This document shows, one piece after another, positions 54,818 through 64,000 of a stretch of DNA of 64,000 nt. The notes beneath the pieces were generated by a model. It had not been told where the DNA came from and ran no database searches. It saw only the letters and a list, made by a program, of their open reading frames with translations. The stretch is from NCBI RefSeq assembly GCF_009914755.1, contig NC_060933.1; one strand, given 5' to 3'. This DNA comes from the human T2T-CHM13v2.0 reference genome, Homo sapiens. The translations under genes and the position numbers were made by a program. Positions within the stretch are counted from its first letter, which is position 1. The number at the start of each line of letters is the position of its first letter.

Positions 54818-56789
54818 CCCCTTCTAACCTCACAGAGCTAGGGGGACTGTGAGGCCCCCACATTTGTGGCAGCACCTCAGCCTCCCCGAGCCTCAGGCTC
54901 GGTTCTCTTATCGAAGAAAGGCATTTCATTCTTCGAGATCAGGCAGCCAGGACCTAAGGAGCTGTTTTTCCTCCATTGTGCAAGCATGACAAATCATTAA
55001 TTTTTGATTGATTTGCTTAGAATTATGGGCGCCCCAGCATTCTTTCCGCCGCTGAACAGCTGTATAACAAATGAATATATCAGTGAGCACAAAAGATTGG
55101 AGATCTAAGAGAAGCAATTACATTGGCCACCCTCCCCCACCCTCACCCCTTCCCGGGCAATGAAGGGAGGAAATTTTTACCAGAAATTCCTCAAGTGGCT
55201 TAAAAAAAAAAATGCCATTTTATAATTGAATTAAATCTTTATCTCTTCATCTTTTGCAGCAGGTTTTTCCAAACACACAGCGGTTCCCCACGTGCTTGGG
55301 TTCTATCCATCCAGGAGGAATCTTTAATAATGAAATTTCAACTTGTGAGAATTAAAACCAAAATGAAAAAAAGGAAAAAAAGAAAAGAGCAAATTCTACC
55401 CCTCCTTTCTGCTTTTTTTTTTTTTTTTTTTTTTGGTTGCTGCTATTCCTTTAAGATTTTGGAACCGTACCAGTGCACTAAATGTGACCTCCATAACTTT
55501 TAAATTAAGAATTTATGCTGGCTTGAAATTTATGAAATATTTCAGCATGAAAGAAAGCCTTTTTCCCTCAGGAAAATTGAGCAATAAATCACAGCACTGT
55601 GGATTTACTGCCCTAGAGCCAGCGAGAGATAGGATTTTTTTTTTTTTTTGCTTCATTCTGAAAAAAAAAAAAATGTAATCATATAAGACAGCTTAGCTGC
55701 TATCCTCCCACTCTCTAGAATTTTTAATTTCAGCTGTTTCTGCTTGGATTTATTTCCAATATTCCTGCTCGGCTTTTCAATTTCCTCAGTTATTAAATTT
55801 TAATTCAGTGCATTAGCATTTAAATTAAAAAAGGGTTTATTTTATCGAAATCGTTGGCCAGCCCCCATCCTGGAGCACACGAATTGCCTGTTTCTGCCAT
55901 TTGCACAAAATGTGAAATGCAGCTAATGTCTTACAACTTACATTTGCACAAATTTAGAAATAAAATTTCTGGGTTTGGAATAATATTTTCTTTCCAAGAA
56001 AACCCTTAATAAGAGAATGGAAAAGAACAACTTCACATTCATTTGGGAGGGAAGAGGAGGGTCGAATGAAACCAAAAATAGCCTTGCCCAGGTCCTGAGG
56101 GGAAACTGGTGAATAAGGAATGGGTGGGGCTGGGAAGAGGGGACAGGCACCCTTATTCGGGGCTGGAGGGCTTAGATACACCTTCACCCCAGCTTTACGA
56201 GAGTGAGAAGGAGGATCTCACTGGGGTCCTCCTTATTTTATTTGTCATAGAGGAGTCTGGTTTTAAGGTTGGGTCAACTCCACATGGAGTGGGGGAGATG
56301 ACCTGATTTAACCTCCTTCTCCGCCCCCATTTTTTACCTATGGAGAATCTCAGGTGCAGAGAAAGGAACGAGCTTGTCTGAGGTTCAAAATGAGACTCAG
56401 AGCCAGGGAAACAAGCTACATCCTTAAGGAGCACACAGTCCAGTGGCGGAAGATGGTGGAACAACAGCAGCTGCAGTGGGAGTTTCCATTACCTGAGTAA
56501 TGACTATGTATACCAGGGCTGCGCTTAGTACTTTAGTGACATTACTGTCATTCTGGCTGCACCGTTGGAGAAGGCCTTCGGGCTGTGTGGTCTGGTGGCC
56601 ACTCATGAGATGCCGACTTGCAGCTTGGGATTCGGGGAAGGCCTTGAGGCAGAAGACCCATGGTCCACCCCAGGCTGGCTCTGCGACTCGTTCATCTTAT
56701 ACATATCATTCTGTTTTTCTGTGCCTCAGTTTCCTAGACCCAATAAATAGTGGCCTCTATAACTATAGGGTTGTCAGTGATTATTTTCA

Positions 56790-57020
56790 TTATTATAGCC
56801 AAGCACTCACTAAGTACTTTTACATGCTATTACATGTTTTACCTTATTTAAGCTATCTCAAGTCCCAAGCCAGTCCCGTGAAGTAGGTCCTGTGATGAGC
56901 ATCTTGCCATTTTGCAGAGGGAGAAATCGAGGCCTTGGAAATACGTGTGACTTGCTGAAGATCGCAGAGCTAGAAAACGGCAAAACCAGGCCTTGAACTC
57001 CGATGTTCTAACTCTAAACT
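56790..57020 (-). mobile_element. MIR
   Basis: gccattttgcagagggagaaatcgaggc…tgacttgctgaagatcgcagagctag. Confidence 0.7.
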
Positions 57021-57090
57021 CTGTTCTCTTAAGCTTCGGTTCAAATTGAGACTCAGGTCAGTTTGCACAGGGTACAGATGAGTTTGCTGT

Positions 57091-57168
57091 TTAGGTTGAA
57101 TCATATGAAACTGCTGGTGTTAGAACATTTTGGCCTCAGCACATGGCAATGTCAGAGGTTCAGCTTAA
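57091..57168. mobile_element. MADE2 (mariner-derived MITE)
   Basis: ttaggttgaatcatatgaaactgc…ggcaatgtcagaggttcagcttaa, ~80-bp imperfect palindrome matching MADE2. Confidence 0.75.
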
Positions 57169-58705
57169 TCCACTTGGAAGGAATGGCTGTGATGTATTTG
57201 TAAGGACAGACCACACCGGCCTGGCGTGTATGGAACTCCACCCTGGGAGTTGGTGTTCCCAACACAGTGGACTTTGGCTCTGTCGTCATGGTGTAGCTGG
57301 ACTCGGCCAGGCCCACACGCTGTGATTGCCAGGTGCTGTGATACTGACACATGTGTCTTGGACATCTCCCACTGAATCCATTGTCCATCCATATTCCAAT
57401 GAAGCAACTCTCATCTGCCACCATCTGAACATCCCACACCCTGCCCAGGTAGAACTCTCCTCTAGTTGCCCCAGTTTCCCAGCAGCACCACCTGAGTCTC
57501 TGCAAAAGTATTTGACAATTCTTTGAATATTTTTAGCACTTTCTCTTTGTTTTATGAAAATGGGTGGAAAACAGAAATGCATGCAGCTACCAGTAACACG
57601 AAGCTGAAGTATCATTCACTCAATAAAAGAGAAACAAAGGTGGAGATTATTAGGCATGCTGAAAACAGAGACTCTTATCCCACACTCTGTCACGTGTTTG
57701 CTGCACTTGAGCTGGTCAACTCTGTGTGAAATTGTGAAGGAAAAGGACAAAAATGACAACTTTAAAAGTGTGTGTGACAAGCTAAAAATACACGCACAGA
57801 ATTAAGTCTGAAAGGCGAGAGATCCATTTGGGAGTTAACCATTTTTTTAAGATCTCTGGGGCAGAATTTCCACCCGTACCACTTCTGCTGCTTATGATAC
57901 AAACATTCAAACAAATTCAGCCTGTTTGCTTTGCATACAAGTTTTGAGGAATGCAAGATGTTGGAAAGAGGCTGTAATTGATCTGTTCTTTTGCTCCCAG
58001 TGAAATGATATGCAAACCATTTTCTGCTTTCTTGTTTCTTCTGTTGAAATAATACATGGGCAGCTCATTAATTTCTTCCTCCCCGACCTCACATTTCTCC
58101 CTCCCTATTCGTCCTTAACCTTGCCCTTTCCCTTGTGTGGGAAACAGGAGCTGTTTGATGTCACCCCATTTCCCAATTGGCTCTCCTGAATGTCGGTGGG
58201 AAGTAAAATGCTCCAGAACTGAGGTTGTTGGACTTTGGAGTGACCCAGACCTGAGCTTATAGCTGTGGGACTTTTGATAAATACATTCTTTGACCTGTGT
58301 TCTTGCCTGTAAAGTGGGGATATTATGGGGTGGAGGGGGGAGGACCTATGGTGACGATTAAATGAGAGAAGGCATTAATGTCCACATCCTAGCGCCTAAT
58401 GGGAAGTTCTCCCTGGGGAGCAAGTGTGGATGCCCGCTGGGACCAGACAGGGGCTGGGTGATTATAAGGCAAGAGTGGAGGATGGAGGCTGTGGAGAGCC
58501 AAGTATGTCAGCTCTAGCTGCCTGTCACCATGTAGGACTAGGTATCATGGGGTTATCCAGTTTAATAAGAGAAGGTGGAGATCTCGCCTTTTTTCAGTGC
58601 AATTCTTTTATTTTTATACATTGCCGATTTGTTTGAATCGAAGTCCGCCATCTGATTTTGCCAGTTTGCAACTTCTCGTAAGCACTCATCAAAAGGTGTT
58701 TTATT

Positions 58706-59020
58706 TCAGGTCCTCAGTCCTTCATCCGCAATCCTGAAATTCAAAAAAACTCAAAAAGTTTTTATAACTGATGAGGCAGCAGAACTTGACCTGAAGGGAG
58801 AAAAGGCTAGTGACAGTCCTCATTGTTGTTTTGTTGACGTTTATCCTATGTAGGGTTACCTATGCATATGTTTTACAATAGAAATATCAATGTGTTTGAT
58901 TAGCGGGGGCTCTGCCAGGGTTGTTTCAAAATATAAGACATAGGGCGGTACATTACCTTTCTAAAATTGGAAAAATTCTGAATTTGGAAACACATATGCA
59001 CCTGAATTTCAGACCTGTAT
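58706..59020. mobile_element. Tigger-family MITE (MER46C-like)
   Basis: caggtc…ccttcatccgcaatcctgaaattcaaaaaaactc…ttctaaaattggaaaaattctgaatttggaaacaca…acctgta. Confidence 0.5.
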
Positions 59021-59780
59021 TATCCTATGATTCTTATTAGAAGTGTTTTGACAAAGCTCGGGAATGTATCTTCAGCTGGCGGTAGTGAAGATCTAGGTAT
59101 TGTTCCCAGGTCTGCAACCTCTGTCAGCCTCTGCATTGAGGTCCCCCTGAGCACTGGTCTAGGAGTCAGGACCCCTGGAGTTTGTTTTCATGAGACTTCA
59201 GGTAGCTCCCTCTGTGCCCAAGGCCCCAGTCTCTGCATCTGAATCAGAATTGTATGATTTCTGAAAATTTCATTTGATCAGCTTTATGTCCCCCTCCCCC
59301 CACACCCAAATAAAAGAGATTAAGAACTGGCACTCTCTTGCCTTCTGCTCATAGGGTTGGGAGAAAGAATATTTTAACATAATAGGATTTTTTCCCTCTG
59401 GTTGGTAGGAATAAATCTACAGCTACTGTTTTATTGGAAATCCCAGCTGAAAATAAAAATGGTGCAATTCAATCTCAGATTTAGCTGGTTACTTACTTTT
59501 CACTGAGTCCCCAGGGCAGTGCAGTTGCTGAGTTTGTGTTGGCAGTGGGTGCTCAGTGGGATTTAAAGGGCCAAGCAAATGGGGTTGCAGGGAGGTGTTC
59601 TGACTCCCTCTTACCACTGGGCACAAGTTTGTCCAGCCTGGAGGAGCGGGACAGGGGCTTGTGGCCAGCTCACCCCACAGTGTGAAGGCTGGTATTCAGT
59701 GGGAGCTTGATGGGGTGGCAGCAGGTCAAATCTGCATCTTCTGCCTTGGCTGATGTAGGTGTTTTGGGTTTCTTTTGCAG

Positions 59781-59824
59781 GCTGACGGAGCCAGTGCAGC
59801 CGGAAGGAAAAGCACTGCGAGCAG
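59781..59824 (+). CDS. ZNF618: ZNF618 coding exon 2 (44 nt; phase 0 start, phase 2 end), zinc finger protein 618
   Basis: Acceptor tttcttttgcag| at 59780, candidate branch point ggctgAt (A59753), donor cag|gtacac at 59825. Translation gct gac gga gcc agt gca gcc gga agg aaa agc act gcg agc ag = ADGASAAGRKSTAS(R), matching the remembered ZNF618 N-terminus after MNQPGGAAAPQ. Locally CpG-retaining. Not in the ORF track because it has no start codon. Confidence 0.92.
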
Positions 59825-60149
59825 GTACACTCCCTCTCCCGCCCCCAGCTTGTCCACCCATCGACTCAGGTCTTCATGACTAACAGTTACCACTCTCTGG
59901 TCCTCATCTTCCCCCTGGAAGGATGGGTGGTCCAGGCCAGCCCTCCTTGGCAAGAAGTATCCAGACTTCCCCAAAGAATGTGAGGTCATAGAAAGCATTT
60001 TCCATGTGGCTACCTGTGACCAGAATCCAAGGATGGTTCATTCCTGAACTGGCCATTGGCCACTCAAGTTGAGAACTTAGGAGTGAAGCATAAGACTAGG
60101 CAGAAAGACCTGGGCTGGAATTCCATCTGGGCTGCTGCATGGCTAACTC

Positions 60150-60400
60150 CTGGGGCAGCCAGTCCCATCCTTGTCCAGAATCCATTGGCCTATGTGCTAG
60201 TGTCATGTGCTCCTCTCTCTTCACCAGTCATGCCAAAGCAGGGGATGGGATACTCTGATTAGCCAGGGTGGAGAGGGGGCGGCCTTTCCTCACCCTCAAG
60301 GATGGCAGGAGAGGGGAGAGGGGTGGTCCCCAATAGAGAACTGGACTGTTTTTACCAAAGAAGGGAGAGATATCAGACAGGCCCAAGCTGTGGACATCAT
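60150..60400. mobile_element. MLT1-type (MaLR) LTR fragment
   Basis: ccattggcc…gtcatgtgctcc…gggatgggatactctgattagccagg…ttaccaaagaaggg. Confidence 0.5.
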
Positions 60401-60654
60401 GACAGGTGTCACAGGTAGGTACTTGGTAATGTTAACACCCATGCTGCCGCTGCTGTTGCTGCTGTTACGTTGGGTAGAGCAAGGCTGGAACGGCCACATG
60501 ACCTGTATTTGGGGCTTTGGAGGCAGAAAGAAGGTAAGGGACAGACAAGAGAGATGGCTCCCCTGAACACATACATAAAATCTAGAATCGATCCTAGGGT
60601 TACCTGTTAGAGCTGAGGGTCAGATTGTGAATGCCAAGCAGAAGAATTTGCCTG

Positions 60655-60952
60655 TTAGCCTGTGGAACACTAGTTCTTTAAAATGTTAATGGATTTTTTT
60701 TGTGTGAGGAAAAAAAGGTTCTTTCTGTGGCCCAGTAAGTTAGAGGACAGTGGGTTAAACAAAATTAAAAAGGTTTATTTGCTGTGAGACTTTCCAGATC
60801 TTTTAATATGCTAATGTGTGTGCTTGAGAAGAGAGAGCCAGAGAGAGAGAGAGAGAATCATGTTTCTCAAACTTCTTAACTATGGGACCCCTTTTTTTTT
60901 GACGTTCATTGCATTGAGCAAGTGTTCCTTGGAACATACTTTGAGAAACCAT
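60655..60952. mobile_element. hAT-Charlie MITE (MER103-like)
   Basis: ctgtggaacactagttc…gggttaaacaaaattaaa…ttttaatatgctaatgtg…gttccttggaacatactttgagaaac. Confidence 0.65.
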
Positions 60953-61084
60953 GGAAAGATATTGACATTCTCTGAGCAGGAGAGTAATGTGTTCGGCTTA
61001 GTGTTTCAGGAATACCACCCTGGCAGCCATTTGTTGGGTGGATTGGAGGCTAGTAGAATAGAGGCCATTATACCAGGCCGGAGG

Positions 61085-61250
61085 TCTCTGTAACCCAGAG
61101 ACCTGTATTGTGTGGCAAATATTTTACACTTTGCAGGCTGTATGATCTTTGTGGCAGTTTCTCAACTCTGCCAGTATAATGCTGAAGTAGCCATGGTGAT
61201 ACCTAAATTTGCCCATAAATGGCCATAGTTTGTCAACCCCTAGTCTAAAC
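61085..61250. mobile_element. MER58-type (hAT-Charlie) fragment
   Basis: aaatattttacactttgcaggctgtatgatctttgtggcagtttctcaactctgcc…ggccatagtttgtcaacccct. Confidence 0.7.
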
Positions 61251-61259
61251 TGACCCCTA

Positions 61260-61615
61260 CCTGAGAGCTTCTGCAACTGCTGTTCCCTGTGTCTGGAATG
61301 TTCTTTCTCTGATCTTCCCATGATGAATGCCCTTTCATCTTTCAGATCTGGAGTCAGTTCTACCCTCAGGGAAGCTTTCCCTGACCCTCCGTATCAAGGT
61401 ACCTGCACCCCAGTATGTGGTGTGTGGCCTTCATAGCCTGTTTATGCTCTTTAATTATTTCATTTTCATTATTCGTTATTTCATTCCCTTCCCTGTGTTC
61501 CTTTTTTTCTGTCTCTCTGAGAATGCCAGCTCCATTGGCAGAGAACATGTCTGTCTTGTTCACTGCTGTGGGCCTGGCCCCTAGCAGGCTCTCAGTACGT
61601 GTTTATGGGATGGGC
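61260..61615 (+). mobile_element. L2 3' fragment
   Basis: gctgttccctgtgtctggaatgttc…ctgtcttgttcactgctgtg…ctctcagtacgtgttt. Confidence 0.65.
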
Positions 61616-62693
61616 ACACTAGATGAGATGGAAGAAGATGTGCCAGTGATGTGGAGACAGGGAGTGTGGGAGAGGAGCAGGTAGAGCTCAGAGACGGTGC
61701 ACTTAGGCCTGTGGTCATTGGGGGTGACCCAAGTAGCCAGCAGCTGCCCAGCGTTTTGTGTTTCTCTCCTGGGTCCCTAGGAGTGGAATTTGTGTAAGAA
61801 CAATGTGTGAGGTTGTGGCCTGCGGGGCAGTAGCAGTTGTCAGACCGGTGCCTGGAAGTGTTTCTTGGATCAGGAAATCAGGACTGAAAGGGGCATTAAG
61901 TTTGTCTAGACCACCCTGTCATTGTGCAATGGGGAGATCGAGGCCTTTGGGAGGAAAGGCCCTGCTTAGGGGCGTATAATGAGTCAGTGGCTGTGTTGGG
62001 CCTTGAACCTGCCAAAGCTGGTGCTTTCTCCACTCCTCAGTGCTATGCCCAAGTGAGGGTCTAGCCAGCCTCTCCCACTTTCCTCCCACTTTCACTAAGC
62101 ACCTGCTCTGGTAGGCCCAGTGCTGTATGCTGTGAACTCAGGCTGGTTAGGTGCTAATTTATTCACCCAGCCAGACATTCTAGTGTCTCCTGCATGGCAG
62201 GCACTGTTCGAAGTACTTCGTGAATGAAGAGACAAAGCACCACCCACCCCTCGTCAGTCCTGTGGGAATGCGGTCTGCCCTCACTCTCTAATGCATGAAT
62301 CTCTCCTACACGAGTATCTCTGCCTGGTAATTGTAGCCAGAGAAGAACAGGCAGGTTTTCCCACGGTGGCTGCCTGAATCTCTGAATTGAGTATTATCCC
62401 CCTAAGGCTGTAGTTGGTGGAAGAATGCTGAGATTGATTGGAGATGCCTGCCCAGTCAGAGGAGGGGTAGGGTGGCACGTGAGACATTGATTTGTTCTCC
62501 CTGCTAGCCTAGGCTCTTCATCACACATACTCAGTGACTGAGCCCCTGTGTTACTACCATGGCGCCGGAATATGCATCAGGAAGGGCCACCCAAACCTGG
62601 GGTTGTGTGTGGCTTAAGGTGTAAAAACAGACTTTCTAATAGTAAAGACTACCATTTGGTCAACATTTCTTTGTCAGGCTCTGAGCCAAGTGA

Positions 62694-63031
<338 letters not shown>

Positions 63032-63420
63032 TAATCTTTTTAACAACCTCATGAGAGAGATACTCTTATTATTCCCACTTTACAGATGAGAAAGCTGAGG
63101 CACAGAGAGGTTTACTGGCCCAAGGCTGCCTAGGTGGAGGTAGGCAGTAGAGCCAGGAAGTCTACCTGAGTCTGACTTCTGTGATGCACTTACTCACCAC
63201 GCCCTCCTGCTTCTTGGTGGGAAGGGATCAGTTAACACGTGTTACAGGAGCCTGTTTGGGACCAGGGACTGTGCTGTAGGCTGGAGGCCTATCAAGAAGG
63301 TGGGACTCTGGAGGAGCTCACAGGCAAGTTTATAGACTCTGTGAGGAAAACTAATCCTTTGAAAGACCAACACACTATTACTTATATAGTGACTTGATGT
63401 TCAGTCTGAGAAGTGAATTA

Positions 63421-63750
<330 letters not shown>

Positions 63751-64000
63751 AGAGAACATTGTCAGTGTGGTGGCCTTAGCTGACACCACTGGTGATTTGA
63801 CCACGGCCAGGTGGGATTTAGATGGGTAGACACTTTGTAGAGCATTAGAGCTCATTTAATCCTTCTTCAGATGGAGAAATGAAGGGCCTGAAGTTCCCCA
63901 AAGTCAGAATTAGATTAGACGGCTCTGAGCAGAATGACCTTGAAGGACCCCCAGCCCTCCAACGTGGGCTTCTACCCCCAGCTATGCTATGGCACACTCT

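Overview
Primate (most likely human) genomic DNA from inside a + strand gene. The only coding sequence I can support is a 44-nt exon at 59781-59824 (acceptor ttttgcag, donor gtacac). It reads ADGASAAGRKSTAS(R), which matches my recollection of the ZNF618 N-terminus (MNQPGGAAAPQ-ADGASAAGRKSTASR...). The window would then be the distal ~60 kb of ZNF618 intron 1, exon 2 and the start of intron 2. The rest is interspersed repeats: 15 Alu-family elements (most with visible target-site duplications), two large antisense L1 relics, L2 and MIR fragments, hAT/Tc-mariner MITEs, old LTR fragments and microsatellites. Between them lie many repeat-free, TAAT-rich blocks that look like conserved non-coding enhancers, plus CTCF and YY1 motifs. 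None of the ORF-track ORFs looks like a real gene; a few are decayed L1/L2 fragments. I found no evidence of a new biological system. The most notable items are a perfect palindromic YY1 doublet heading a CNE-like cluster, a doubled L1 5' end, a candidate poison exon and inverted Alu pairs. Repeat subfamily names come from remembered consensus sequences, and the boundaries of old repeats are approximate.
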